A stretch of 64,000 bases of DNA from Octopus sinensis (GCF_006345805.1 NC_043002.1:2418001-2482000), one strand, 5' to 3'. Positions 38,966 to 53,895 are shown, numbered from the stretch's first letter. Program-made: numbers and translations. Notes: generated by a model not told the origin, from the letters alone.

Positions 38966-41861
38966 ATATATATGTATGTATATATATATATGTATGTATA
39001 TATATGTATATGTATGTGTGTGTGTATGTATGTATAATTGGTATTCTACATCTACTTTTGTTTATAGAGCAGTGTGCAGCAATTTTATTCCATTAACCAT
39101 TTCCAGTGGCTGCCTTTGTTGTGTTCCTGGTAAGAGCCATAATTGTTTTCCTTGCGCTGATGCGAAAACGAAGAAGACAAAGTAGTCGACGTGAAAGGTG
39201 ATCGTAATTACGATGAGACTATAAAAGAAACGGCATTTTCAGAAAATTGAATTCTTAATTCCGTTCTTTCAATGAAATCTAATATTATGGTGAGACAATC
39301 ATTTTTGTAGAATACACTTTTATACACTTTTATACACTTTTGTGTATTTATCGCATTATATTTCATTATGAAGTTTCTGTTTTACAAATTGAAAACGAGA
39401 CAAAATAAATGGAATAATGAATTCATATAATATCGACATTCTTCTTTTATGTTTTATCAGAAGCAAATTAAAATATATTGTAAATATTAGACGACACTCT
39501 AATTGAGAAGACATATTGAAATGAACGTATATATATATATAGCGTTTGTAGTAGTAGTAGTGTAGTAGTAGTAGTAGTAGTATAGTAGTAGTAGTAGTAG
39601 TGGTGGTGGTGGTGGTGGTGGTCGTCGTCGTCGTCCTGGTGGTGATGGTGGTGGTCGTGGGGGGGGAAGAGAAGTAGTTGTTTTCGTGATGTGAATATTT
39701 CGTCCTAAAATTGACATCTGAGATATTAGGCCCCAGCGTAACAATCCCATTTCTTTAGGGGTGAAACGGGCTACAAAATATTTTCCTTCCAAGAGATAGA
39801 GACGAGATTTATAGGAGATTTATAGGCTGTCATATCTTGCAGACCAAACGATCGCATAGAGCAGCACTTCTGAAAGAAGAGGGCACAACCCCGCCCCCAC
39901 CCTGAGGATGGGGACGGGGAAAAAGTTTGTATGTGGACTGGGAACAATGGAACCAGTGTGGAGAAGAGGGTGCATGAGGATAAGGATAGATGTTTAATCA
40001 GTTTTTTATTTTTAGTTTTTGTCTTCCATTTAAATATCGAATTTAAAAAGTTCAATTCTTTGATAAACTTTTTGATCACAACAACAACAACAACAACATC
40101 AATAAGTAAATAGATCAGCTTTGCTTTTAGAAATTATGAACAATAAAATTAAATCTATTTTAAAAGACGTTGTGAAATCATGCATGCAATAGAGACGGCC
40201 ACTCCACTTGTTAATCTCATAATCTACCCGTGTGTATAATCCGATATGCGCCTGGGCAGAGAAATTGATATTTGTGTGGGTGTTTGAGCACAGGAAATAC
40301 AGATTTAGGGAGTACATAGGGAGCAAAGGGAATACGTACCTAACATTGGCGGAAGCCACCGGCAAAGTGTTGGGGCCAATAACTAAGGTCAAGCGATGAT
40401 GGGTCAAATATTTGCTTCTAACACACAGCAGTGTTGGCGTAAATCGTCACTTGCGTCAATCTGGTAGCAAGACTTCAAATACTCCGACTTTATATAATGT
40501 CTTTGAACAAGAAAAAATACGGGAAGGCATTGTATCGTAGCAAGGGAGTATTCAAAGAGAAACGGAATCGATAGTTAAAGAAAGTCTGAGAATTACTGGT
40601 ACAGAGACTTTGTCGTTGCTTGTATTGATGACAGAGTTTTTGGTGGTGGTGGGTGCTGTTGCTGCTGCTGCTGCTGCTGCCGCTGTTGTTGTTGTTGTTG
40701 TTGTTGTTGAGCAACAAGACGGGTAAGGGTGATTAGGTGATGGTCTAGGGCTTAGGGGCAGGAGATCCCAGACCTTGTAAAAAAAAACTTTGGTCGTCTT
40801 GTAGTCGAGGGCTCTTCGTTGATGCCCGACACCACTGGGAGGTGGCCCTCGAAGTAGCTGGAAATGGAGATCTCCAGGTCCAAATTCTTGGACGGCTGCT
40901 GCTGCTACTGCTGGTGGTGCTGCTGGTATAGAAGTAATCTCATTATACATCTGTTCACTCAATACTTATTAACTATATGAGTCTACATTTCATGTAAAGC
41001 TATTCCTCCGAGCGCTAATTTTCGTATTACTACAACCGACAGTAAGAATGTTGTTGAACACCGAAGTTCGATATAAGGAGCACCATTCTGCAACCAGTCT
41101 TTGCACTCACTGCAAAGAGATTAAAAAGCTGAGGTGTCTTACAATATTATGCTGCATCATCAAATAAGATAAGTCTCTTGTTATTGCGGTAAGATGAATG
41201 TCTGCATTGCTGCAACCGAATGTGTTACATTTAGTTAATATTATTAAAATATGTTAAAAAGTCTTTTAAAAAAACGACAACTGAAATGACCAAATTAAAC
41301 TGTGATTACTGTTTGCATTGTCTACCAGGAACTTCTTTCCATATTCAGTAAAGTGGAATTGTGATCGGTTCTCATCGAAAATGTAAATGTAATTGAATGC
41401 CGAGTAAACGTCGAAGAACGATTTTAATTGAAGGAACTAAAATAGGAGAGGAACAGAATCAAGAATGTGGGGGGATGTTCTAAGAGACTTTAAGTTATTT
41501 GGCTTCGGTTACGGTGGAATCAACAAAGCTACAATACATAGTATGTATACTGAACGAAGCCTTATAGTGCGGTAGTATTGTGAACGGAAGCAGGCAGGGG
41601 CGAGGCTGCGTAGGAAAACAGTGACACAGAGAAAGAACATGATTGAATTTATTCCTTTGATGTTGACAAGAGATACTCGATCCTAACTTTAGTTTCTGTT
41701 TAATCAGAATAAGCAGAACAAATGTGATATTGTATAATATTGAGGATTGCTCGAGTATCGAATTGACTTGCAATGCATTTCAACACGGAAACCTATTTCG
41801 TTACGGTTACATGTTAGTGACACCTGGAAACATATGCGCCTGCATAGGTACCTCACCGCAT

Positions 41862-41924
<63 letters not shown>

Positions 41925-42533
41925 CACACACACACACAACACACACACATACACCAATGTATATGTACGTGGAAATGTATATCTGTTTCGAGCTGAATGC
42001 CAATATACGCGTGTGTGTGCGTGTGTGTGTGCGTGTGTGTGTGTATGTGCGTGTGTGTGTATGTGTGTGTGTGTGTGTGCGTGTGTGCGTGTGTGTGCGT
42101 GTGTGTGTGGGTGCGTGTGTGTGTGTGTGTGTACAAATGTTAAGAAGAAGACAAAGAAAATTCTTTAACACGGAATTTTCTTTGTCCTCTTTTTATCCTT
42201 TGAAATAATTTACTCTCCGCCAAACCAACTTTACGGTGTGATCGTCATGAAACTTGCATTTTCTACACCTGACGAATTCCGGCTCTGGCCCAGAACCCGA
42301 GAGTTAATAGCTCAGTATTCAGGTCGTGTGCTTCTCTGAAAATACCCTAGCTTTACTCCTTAGCAGGATCTTAGACTTTTTCTTTACATATATATATATA
42401 TTTAAATTAACAGAATGCGATAAAAAAAAATCGAAGGCTGTGAAAGTTTTCAGAACATTTATAAACGTTCTGAAAACTTTCACTGTCTTGGATCTTTTAT
42501 TCTCATTCTGTCAATTTATTTATATATATATAC

Positions 42534-42576
<43 letters not shown>

Positions 42577-42724
42577 TGTGTGTGTCTGTGTGCATGCTAA
42601 TATATAACCAGCGTTGGACTCCCCGTTCGCATAATCACCGAACATGAAGTTTAACCATAGTCTGTCCATAACACTTACTCAGCATTACCTTTGGGTCTTC
42701 TTGACACCGTTATCTTTCATACTC

Positions 42725-42790
<66 letters not shown>

Positions 42791-43049
42791 ATAGTTTAGA
42801 TTTAGATATGCTCAATACAGAAAACATAGAAATCACGTAGAAGTGCTCAGAGGATTTCAACTCCAGCTCCGAAGTCTTTATCGAGTTTTTAAAAAAAAAC
42901 ATGCATCCTCCTCCCGTTGGTTTTCTGTATTTTCTATACGCCATGTAAGAGTAAATTTATTTGTCGATATATATAAATATCTCTATATTATATACCTGTG
43001 TGTATCTATTCTGAAGCTACCTTTTTTCTGCCACTTCTTTGATCCCATA

Positions 43050-43600
43050 TTGATATCAGTTCTTGTCTTTCGAGGCGAAGGTCACCTTTGCTGATTCTTC
43101 TACCTCTGCTTGGTTGACGAAGCATCGAACGCAGGAAGTGCACCATGAATCGGAACGAGAGAATTTTTTCTTTCTGCTGTCCTCACGTCTATAAGCAGTG
43201 GTTAATCGAGAGGCCATTTTCTGGAACCTGTCACCTTGTAGAATTATGAGGGGATAATTCACTACAGGTTCGTTCCGGATGATGGAACCATCAACGCCAA
43301 CCTCTACTCCAGAAAGCTGGTGCCGATATATGCCATTGTGGAGCAAAAATTGGTTAACAGAAAGCGAACAGCACGACGATGCAAAACCACAATCTGCGCG
43401 AACCACCCGTAATAAACTCCAACAAGTTAAGGAAATAGAACTGATGCCACACCCAGCATATACTCCGGACCTCTCTCCCTCGGATTATTACTTGCTCTGA
43501 CCCATGGTGCACTTCTTGCGCTCGTGACACTTCACCAAGCCAGAGGAGGTGGAAGCTTCAGTGAAGCAATACTTTTCCTTCAAGAACAAGATATCGCAAA
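43050..43600 (+). mobile_element. Mariner transposase remnant with an inverted copy of its 3' segment
   Basis: HDDAKPQSARTTRNKL...PHPAYTPDLSPSDYYLL*PMVHFLR on +; the homologous catggtgcacttcctgcg...EVEES...SKDKN on - at 43050-43150. Confidence 0.8.
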
Positions 43601-45529
43601 TCTTTTCACTCAACACAATATTACTCAATTCAAATTCCAAAATCTTATATAACTTCCCACTTTTTCGTCTCGCGTATTTTGCATGTTCAATTAACAAGGA
43701 ATCTCATCAGTTCTGGCTAAAAACCACGTTGAAAGATAACATCTATGAGAGGCAAGCTTTGAATCTCCGAGTGTGGCATCAACTGCTCGCGATCAAACGA
43801 TTTCGTTTATACCTAATTAACACAGCTTGTAATCTTTTATGCAGATTAATTCGTATTTTCAAATTTATTTATATTAAAATTATGCATGTTTATTGATGTT
43901 TAAATTAATCTATAAATGAGCAAGAAATATCAGCCTTTAAATGATCTCCATTTTAAAAGAGTTCTCCTTTCTTCAACAAGGTATGAACTTATGTTTCTTT
44001 TCCTCCCCTGCAAAATGGAATCCGTTTGATTCAAACGTATGTACATGACAGTGTGTGAGGGGGGCAGGGGACGTGGGTGCGTATCATTTCCTATGGGGGG
44101 GTGGCTAGATATTCTTGGTGTCATTGAAAACTCCCACCTCAATTTTATAAATTTCTTGAACTATTTCCAATGTCTGACGTCAAAGACATTACATTCTACG
44201 AGTTCTTCTACTGCTGTATGCACGAACACACACACGCACAGACACACATGTACACATTTTCTCATTCACATAAATAATTGAGTGATCGATATTTTTTGAC
44301 AATACTAAATTCGATAAAAACAATTTGATCAATCACAAGATGACGCCTACTTTGTCAAATAGTTTTAAAACTTCCATTAAGACGACAACAGTTTCGTGAC
44401 AAGTTCTGCTGAAGCTATTTCCTTATTAACCTTGCAAATTTATTCCAGCTTTAAGCCACCATTTCCATTTCCGAAAAAGTTTTACTCTATCCTCCGGTTA
44501 AATTTTTGAACGGGAAAAAACAACACAAACTTTTATTCTCTTTTCATATCAAAGCCAGTCGAAATATTAAAATAAAAACTGCCACTTCGACCAATTCTGT
44601 CATGAGCAATTCTGTCAAATTATAGAGTTTGGTTTGTTAGCATAGTTTCTGGCAAAATTATATTCCAAAACTAGAAATGATCCACCTTTTTTATAATCTA
44701 CAAAGGCCCCACTACCTACACTGTAATAGATACGTAGATTTTATGGCGGTACCATAAGCTACACAGATATACACATTTGCTGAATGAAGTGATCTATTAT
44801 ACAGCTGGTGATGCTACTAATGAACTTAACATTTTACATTGGAAACTATATCAATTACCACAACACCTCTCTGTTATTTCTTTTCTACTAATTCTACCAA
44901 GTAATTAATAGCGATATTTCCATAATGAATGACATAGCACGGTTGTCATTTTGAAACCTGTAGACATGAGTAGCTAATATCTCACGAAGAGCAGCGATTT
45001 GGGGACTATCTTACGCAAGCTTTAATCAAGGGAAATGTTTTGTGGATGATTTCAGTGACAAAACTACGAATAATTTGTAGTTTTTTTATCACTTTATCAA
45101 CAGAGCCATGTCACGAACTCGTCCAGTTTTGTCCATTGTTCGGATTTTTCTTCATGTGCAGCTTTTGCACAACAGCTTGAAACATGTTTAATCGTACATG
45201 AAAACACTTCTCATACAAGATTGAGTTTCATGTTTCCAATCTACAAACGAAATGTGAGTTAGGAAACACGAAACTGTTTCATTACTCAAGAATATTCAAA
45301 TTAGAAAAAGCATAATGGTAACATTTTATTGAATTCATTGACAAGCAATATACTATAAGAAGCCCTTCTTTCGCTGATTCCCTAAACCCTTCTCTACGTG
45401 AACAGTTCTTTTATGGATTTTGTGGTGAGGCAAGTCTCGTTGCCCTTCACTTATCGAAAATATTTAACACAGTTTGGTAAGCTGGTCTCCTTTACGAGTT
45501 AGATGGAATCTCTGGAAAGATCTTTAGCT

Positions 45530-46200
45530 ATCTTGAATATTTTCTGGCTGAACGTAGCATTAAAGTTACTTTAAACAGCCACCATTGTTTCCATTTCCTT
45601 CCTTCCTCTGGTCTTGCTCCTACGGCGTTCATACTTATTACTAACGATCTTCCCGATGTTATAACGTTGCTATCTTTGCTGAAGGTATTTCTTACTATCA
45701 CTAATTGAACGAGTTTTTTCATTTGTTTGATTATTCATACCAGTTTCACCTGCTTGCAGAGACTGATTACGGTGAACTGTGGTTGGTTAGTTTCAACTCC
45801 TCAAAAATTAAACTTCTTTACATTAATCGTCACCTGAACCCTGATGTTGTTCTTCCCGAATCTTCTAGGTTTGGTCTTAACTTTTTGTAAAGAAATCACT
45901 TGGAATGGTTATATTAGATTTATTGCCATCTCTGTAAGGCAGTTTTCTGTATCGAGCTCACCGTTATTTTTCTTCCACCTGTATTCGTCAGGTTTTACAG
46001 GTCTTTTATTCAACTTTGTAAAAAGTACAGCAGTCACATTCAGACTGGTCTTTCTACAGATGTTCAGTCCTTGATCGACTTCAAGAGAAAATGTTTTGTT
46101 GGATTTTTGGCAGCTCAATTTCAATACCATTCACATCAAAAGGTACCACTTCATCTCACTTCTATAAATACCTCTTCACCGTTCTTCCGACGAATATTTT
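45530..46200 (+). mobile_element. CR1/L2-like LINE RT remnant (heavily decayed)
   Basis: FLAERSIKV.LN...APTAFILITNDLPDVI...IFA, WLVSFNSSK, GL.F.K..TW..YI. Confidence 0.6.
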
Positions 46201-48250
46201 CCTTATTCCGTTTCTTAAGATTCATTAAATGAGTGACTCTCCTTTCTCATCCTTTCTCTGCTGCCCTCTCTGTTTTTCCGTCTTTATTTCCTCGAATGTC
46301 TGTCTATTAAAACGCTCTTCCTTCTTTCTCATTTTCGGAAATATAATATTATGTTGTTTTTTTTTTATTTTGTGTTAAATGTTTCATGACATTAGAGAGG
46401 CTTCTCATTAGATTTTGTTTCTTTTTTATTTTAAAACTCTCAACAAACTGACTAGTTTCTTGACTTTATATTATTACTAGTTACTTGCCGCCGCCATCTT
46501 GGAATTGACTTGCAATGAAAACAAATAAAGATATTTGATTAGATGCAAGTATAACAATAAAATCAACAAATTAAGAACAAATAAAAATAAAATAACGTCA
46601 TATTTCAACCATATTAATTGCAAGTATTTTAGGCTATTCAGAAAAAACATCATTTACGCTCAAATGCTATAAAACAGTAAGGGACGAAAGAAAGAAAGAC
46701 AGAATGAACGAACGAATGAATGAACTGAATAAATGAACGAATGAATGAATGAGAGAAAGTAAGGAAGGAGAGAGAGAGAAAGCCAGTGATAGAAAATAGG
46801 TTGTGAGAAAAACATTAAATTTCAAAACGTTGGAAATTGGTCTTCGTTGATAAAACGAGAGATGTGTAAACATAACAAAAAGCAAAACAAAACCAAAGAA
46901 TACAACAAAGACTATGATTGAAACTTCCTGCTGAAAATATTCTATGTTGGCTCCATCTATTGAAAATTACACAACAATTGTTTTGCTTTATACAGACAAT
47001 TCCAAAGAATATTATTTCTTGTCTCCATGCAGTTCCATACTGTGTTAATATTAAAACTTATTCGGATTAACAAAGGTAACAACTCTGTCGGTGCTGTTAC
47101 CATGTTTATAAGCAGACGTTTCTTCCCCACAATTTCCAAATATATCACGAAAACCCAGGCAAAAGTTTTTTTGTTTAGGTTGACTAATGAATATCTATGG
47201 GAGTAATACCGTGCCTTAAAATATCGCTCCAACGCAGGCTTTTGGTTGGGAAGAGCATTCGTTCAACTTTCCCTTGAAACATTATAGCCAACCAGATAGC
47301 TGCATGACTTCATGAAATTACAGATACTTCCACTCATGGTATTACATTTGTTTGACATATTTTCCATTCACAGAATTGAGACCTGACGTAAATTTTATAA
47401 CAAAACAAAAAGTTGTAATAGAATGTCTATTTAAGGTTCTCTGGTGTATATTTATGATGGTAAAATGTAGTGAGACTAACTTAAAAAACTTAAATACCGC
47501 GCATTATTTTCCTTTTCGATCTAGTTTTCTCTCTCGTTTATCTCCCTTTGTTTGCCTTACATTGCCGCCTGCTTAATAAAGATCATAATTATTCACCGAA
47601 CTTCTTAATAAATAGAAACGATATATATTCCCATTAAGATCTCTTTTATATACACACAACATATGTGTTTGTATGTGTGTGTGTGAGTGTGTGTGTGTGT
47701 GTCTGTGTGTATGTGTGTGTGTGCGTGTGTGCGTGTGTGTGTTTTCATTCTATGACTAGCATTCTCACTTTCTTCGTTCATTATTTCTTTACATAGAAAT
47801 ATTTTCCAGTATTTCTGCTTATATTCAGATATGGTCGCATGCCCTAAATTATTTTCTGATCAATATTATTGGATTACGCCATAATTTGTTTATTATTTTA
47901 TTTTATTCACTTTCTATTTAATTAAATTTTCATTTTTGTATCTGCATCTCATAAAATATTTTTAGTCGATCTTATCTTTACAAATTCATCCGTCAAACAT
48001 CCCTTTTCCGCTGCTTTATTAGAATAATTATCTTCAAAATTATGTATACACGGCATCTGTGTTTGTGTGTATGTGTGTCTATATATATGCGTGAATATAT
48101 GTATATGTGTGTGTGTTTGTGTGTGTGTGTGTGTACGTCTGGTGTGTATGTGTTTGTGTCTATGTCTGTCTGTGTATATATATATACATATATATAAATA
48201 TATATATATATATACACACATATATATACATACATATATATATATAATAT

Positions 48251-48340
<90 letters not shown>

Positions 48341-48404
48341 ATGTACATTTATATATAAATATATATTTAAGTATATCCATCTATGTTTGCTTGTTTGTAT
48401 GTAT

Positions 48405-48600
48405 TTACACGACGGGCTTCGCTTCCGGAAAGTTTTCAAACGCCAAATTTCGCTTACGTGTCTTCTGCTGTAGCCTTGAGTTGACACCCGAAGTTTAAGT
48501 AGAAGATACGTGTCAACGTGCTGCAGAGTGAACTCGAAATTGGAACCACACAGTTACGAACTCTACTTGTTTCTCAAACGACTATATCATTTATAGGATA
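48405..48600 (-). mobile_element. SINE family B, 5' half (decayed)
   Basis: acgacgggcttcgcttccg...gtgtcttctgctgtagccttgag...ggaaccac. Confidence 0.6.
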
Positions 48601-50177
48601 TTCTTGATTATCAGAACTGTTATTAGCAAGTTATAGATTAACAAAGGAATCTTTTAAACGCTAAACTAGCAATCTACAAAGTTATAAATAAAAATGCTAT
48701 GCAAACCATATTCAGAAAGCAACAGAAAGAAACTGTTCTGTCAATTAGAAGCCAAACTGGAGTCAGTAAAACTATGAGATTTGGGTTTATTGGGAAAGCA
48801 ATCCTCAATAGAAATGAAATGTGTTTAGCTTTGTTGATTGAGCTTAATGGATGATTTGTGTATTGCAATATTGATCATAGCTTATTATTTATCAGTTGAT
48901 GACAAGTTTCATAGGATCGAGCACGCAACTAATTTGATTAGTGATAGAGGAAGAAAAGAGAAAGAAAAAGAAAAAGGGACAATTCGATAGACAGCAGGCA
49001 TTAAAGGTAAAGAAACATGTATCAGAGAAAGTGATCAAAGAAAGGATGAAAAACAACGTAATTAGATGGAAAATATCATCAGAGACAGACACAGCATTAG
49101 AAATAGAGACGGAGATAGCTATATTTTGTATACTTGTTGGTAAAATCCACATAAATATTACACAGCACAAAAGAAAATACTTGAGAACAAAGTTCAGTTT
49201 TGTTTCCTGTTTTGCCTTTAATAACGACCATATTTAAATATTTATATACAGAAATACTTTAACACGAGATTCATGTTTTCACATAAAACAGGAAATAAAC
49301 AATTGCTTAAAAATCAGACGAGTCATTTGCCACCCCGCACTCAATTACTGACTAATTTACACCGAATTCTTCAGATATTTCATTTATTTTCGTACGCCGA
49401 TTAGATTTTTCTTTAGAGTTGAATAACACATTTCCATTGTTGAATAATTTTCTTTCTCTTTATAACTTCTTATTTTATTATATCTTTATTATTCATTTGC
49501 ATTTATATTAAATCTTAATATGAAATCATTGGGAAATACTCCTGGTTTTTCCTCGAAGATAGCAATGCGTAGCTACACTTTAATAAATGTTCTAAACCCT
49601 TAATGTAGAACATGGCATTAACATACCTTACGTGTTGGGGGTCAACGATGAAATAAGGGTAATGATAGTTTATTTTTATATAGGCACAAGGCCAGAAATT
49701 TGTGAAGATTCGGGTAGATTTTTAATCGACTCCAATACTTTGACTTGTATTTTCTATTTTGAGCCTGGCGGGATGATAGGCAAAGCCGACCTGGACAGGA
49801 GTTGAACTTAGAACATAACTCAGATACCATCTTGGAATGTTTCTGAAAGCGTTTTTCGTGGGACCTCAGGCCCCCAAAACAAATTCCAGTATTCTGCGAG
49901 ATATGGTATCCTTTAATAAAATTCATTAAAAATTAACACGCCTTTCTGAAAATAGTATATAATTAAATGTATAATTTTATGTAAAATTCTATGGAATATT
50001 TTTTTTATATTTGAATGCAATAACTTGTTGGGGAGGGGGCTTTGAAACCATATAGATAGAATTTCCCTGATTTAAAAGAAAATCGTGCAAAGGGTTACGC
50101 ACGAATATAAGTTTCATAAAAATTGCTTTAAGAATACTTGTTCGACAAGTCTGAAGCTTCTCCCTACTCACTGCCCA

Positions 50178-50239
<62 letters not shown>

Positions 50240-50242
<3 letters not shown>

Positions 50243-51185
50243 TAATAAACACCAGCAAAGGGCAATAGAAGACTGCGTTGAGTTAGCTACAGTAGATATG
50301 TAGGTAATCGTGAAGAAAGTTTATTAAAAGCTGCTACAGTCATTGCAAGACAGGGAAAGCAAAAACCCAAACGAAGTTACAAACCAAAAAACAAGAACAG
50401 AAATTATCTGACTGGCAGAATGTAGGCGTTGCGTGGTAGATTCCCAAAGAGAGTTGCAGCAAATAGTAGTAGTGAGACATGGTAGCTGCACAAAATGAAG
50501 CATTAAGGACTAATTGGATAAAAGCCAAGATAGACAAAAACCAAGTAGATTCCCAATGTAGATTATGCAAATCAAAAGTGGAAAGTGTTACTCATATATT
50601 AAGTGAATGTAGCATGCTGGCACAGAAAGAATACAAGAAAAGACGCGACAATCTCGGAAGAACAATCCACTGGGAGCTTTGTAGAAAGCTAGGATATGAA
50701 CACAATGATAAATGGTATGAACATGGACCTAGTAAAGTACTAGAAGGTAAGAAGCACAATATGTTGCGGGACATTAACATTCAGACAGATAGAGTAGAGT
50801 AATAGAATCTAGAAGGCCTGATTTGGTAGTAGGAAAGAAATAGGGTTGACTTTACAATCTCAAATGATGAAAAAATCAATATGAGAAGTATAGAAAAAAT
50901 AGCAAATACCAGGACGTAGCCATTGAATTACAGAGATTATGGAAAGTGTGGGTAAAATATATCCCAGACCTCATAGGTGCAGTGAGAACTATCCCTAAAG
51001 ATCTCAACAGATGGCTAGAGGAAAAAAAGGAATAAAACCCAGTTTAGTACAGCTGCAGAAATCAGTGTTATTAGGGACAGCTAAGATACTTTGGAGGGTT
51101 CTTGGCATCTCAGGCAACTTCTTGTAGCTCATCTTAGGATTCTTACCTTTTCCAACAGTCTAATCTGTCGAGTGTTTATGAAAAT
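50240..51185 (+). mobile_element. R4/Dong-type fragment between (AAT)n arrays
   Basis: AAQNEALRTNWIKAKIDKNQVDSQCRLCKSKVESVTHILSEC...IHWELCRKL; same subfamily as the 16.7-18.7 kb copy. Confidence 0.9.
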
Positions 51186-51189
51186 GATG

Positions 51190-51240
<51 letters not shown>

Positions 51241-51995
51241 GACGGTTATGGATAATTAAAAGTGATTTAAAACCGGAAACAGAGGCTCTAATCTGTGCTG
51301 TCCAAGTGCAAGCATTAAGAACGAATTACATCGAATACAGAATAGACAACACATCAGAAAGTGATAAGTGTAGAATATGTGAAGAAAATGGTGAAACCGT
51401 ATGGCATATTACCAGTCATTGTATGCCACTGGCCCAGAAGGAATATCAAAGACGTCATAACAATATAGCAAGGATTGTCCGTTGGACACTTTGAAACAAG
51501 TATGGACTTGAACAGAGCAAAAAGTATTACGACCATAAACCCGAAGACGTCATCGAATATGATAATGAAAAGATCCTATGAGATTTTATGATTCAGTGCG
51601 GCCATGAGATAGAGAATAGGAAAGCAGACATAGCGTTAATTGAGAAAGAAAGCAAATGATGCTGGATCGTAGATATAGCATGCTCAGATAGCAACAAGGT
51701 ATGCGAAAAGGAAGAAAGAAAAGTCGATAGATATGACTGGTTAGCTTGGGAGGTTAGGCAGTTGTGGTCGATGAAAAAGGTGGTAGTAGTACCAATAATT
51801 GTCGGAGCCCTGGGAGCAGTGAGCAAAAATCTCGAGAAGTACATGGAAGAAATAAGGGCTGTGATAAGGGTGGAGCACTTGCAGAAAATAGCACTACTTG
51901 GAACCGCTCCAAAAATAAGAGGTGTTATCTTAGTTCACTGGTAGTGAACATCTGACCCCGTAGTACATCTCCAGCGTTAGAAGATATGCAAAGAG
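51241..51995 (+). mobile_element. R4/Dong-type fragment, a second subfamily
   Basis: QALRTNYIEYRID...CRICEENGETVWHITSHC...RRHNNIA; VVPIIVGALGAVSK...LQKIALLGTA. Confidence 0.9.
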
Positions 51996-52020
51996 AATAA
52001 AATAATAGTAATAGTAATAA

Positions 52021-52246
52021 GGCGGCAAGCTGGCAGAAACGTTAGCACACCGGGCGAAATGCTTAGCGGCAATTCGACTACCGTTACGTTCTGAGTTCAA
52101 ATTGCGCCGAGGTCGACTTTGCTTTCATCTTTCGGGGTCGATTAAATAAATGCCAGTTGTGTACTGGGGTTGATGCAATCGACTTAATCCCTTTGTCTGT
52201 CCTTGTTTGTCCCTTCTATGTTAGCCCCCTGTGGGCAATAAATAAA

Positions 52247-52250
<4 letters not shown>
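52021..52250 (+). mobile_element. SINE family A
   Basis: ggcggcaagctggcagaaacgttagcac...gagttcaaattgcgccgaggtcgactttg. Confidence 0.85.
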
Positions 52251-52294
<44 letters not shown>

Positions 52295-52295
52295 G

Positions 52296-52502
52296 CTTTA
52301 CATTTTGACACAAGGCCATCAATTTCAGAGAAGAGAGAGGTCGATTGGATCGACCCTAATGTTCAGCTGGTACTTATTTTATCGACCTCGAAAGAATGAA
52401 AGCCAAAGTCGACCTCGGCGGAATTTGAATTCAGAACGCAAAGACGAACGAAATGCCGCTAATTTTTCGCGAACAGTAACGATTCTACCACCTCTGCGCC
52501 TT
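52296..52502 (-). mobile_element. SINE family A, tail-to-tail with the previous copy
   Basis: aaagtcgacctcggcggaatttgaattcagaacg. Confidence 0.8.
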
Positions 52503-52579
52503 AATTATTATTATATTATTATTATTATATTATTATTATTATCATCATCATCATCATCATCATCATTAATATTATTATT

Positions 52580-53605
52580 CTATGTTTGACTTTTGCTTTA
52601 TATTTGTACAATTTGGCTCCAAGTCTCACCGAGAGACCTCAAGAGACAACATGTTGGAAGTTCATGTTGTTATGCCTAGTGTGCCATATATTTGTTTTTG
52701 TATTTAGTGTTGTACTAGTGAATGTCTAAAAAAAATTTTTTTAATAATAAATAAATAAATAAAATAAAAGAAACATACGAAAATTATGTTTGTTTTAAAA
52801 CTTGAGATTACATAGAAAGTATTTTGCGTAGGATATGAGCAGTTCCCATGAGCACTATCTTTTGAATTTCTGCCATTTTGGGGTTTCCTGGTATCTGAAT
52901 TAGGTAGCAATCAGCCCTTTCGCTATCATTCCCGGGGCACCTATGACAACAGGTATTGTTTTAGTCTTCAGCTTCCACATTTTGCTGATTTCTATTTCAA
53001 GATCTTTATATTTGCTCAGTTTTTGGTAGGTCTTGACAGATACGTTTATATCGATTGGGACAGTCATATCAATGAGGAGGCATGTTCTTTGTCTGAAGTC
53101 TTTCAATATGATATCTGGCCTATTTGCATTTATCTTTCTGTCAGTTTGAATGGTGAAGTTCCAGAGGAGTGAGATGTGGTCATTTTCAAGCACTGGAGGT
53201 GGTTTGTGTTCCCACCAGTTTTATTCATGAGGCAAATCCAAGTTTTTGCAAATTACCCAGTGAATATATTGTGCAGCTCTATCATGCCTGTTGAGATACT
53301 CTACAGAGACTGCATTTGGAAGACTGCATTTGGAGACAACATGATCAATGGTTTCATTGTGTTGTTGACATACACGACATGTTGGGCTACTGCCGTTCTT
53401 TAATATGTTGGCCTGGTAGTTTCTTGTTGGTAGGCATTGATCTTGAGCTGCTATGATAAACCCTTCTGTTTCAGATTTTAAGCCAGAGGCCATTAGCCAT
53501 TGATGGGTCAGGGCTTTGTCAACATCTGCATTATTCGCTCTCTTTGGGTATTTGCCATAGAGAGGCTTTTCTTGCCATTTATCATTCAGAATACCTAAGG
53601 CAACA

Positions 53606-53607
<2 letters not shown>
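52580..53607 (-). mobile_element. R4/Dong-type fragment, a third subfamily
   Basis: LKSETEGFIIAAQDQCL...CRVC...ETIDHVVSKC...RHD; IQTDRKINANRPDIILKD...LIDMTVP. Confidence 0.9.
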
Positions 53608-53654
<47 letters not shown>

Positions 53655-53687
53655 TATTATTATTATATTATTATATTATTATTATCA

Positions 53688-53746
<59 letters not shown>

Positions 53747-53783
53747 CATTATCATTATCATTATTATATTATTATCATTATTA

Positions 53784-53849
<66 letters not shown>

Positions 53850-53895
53850 TATTATATTATTATTATCATTATTATTATTATCATTATTATTATTA

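Noticed and set aside
42830-42890. Minus-strand GACTTC/GGAGTT stem followed by GAAA near (TA)n
   Set aside because: The core reads CTCGATAAA and stems I and III do not form.
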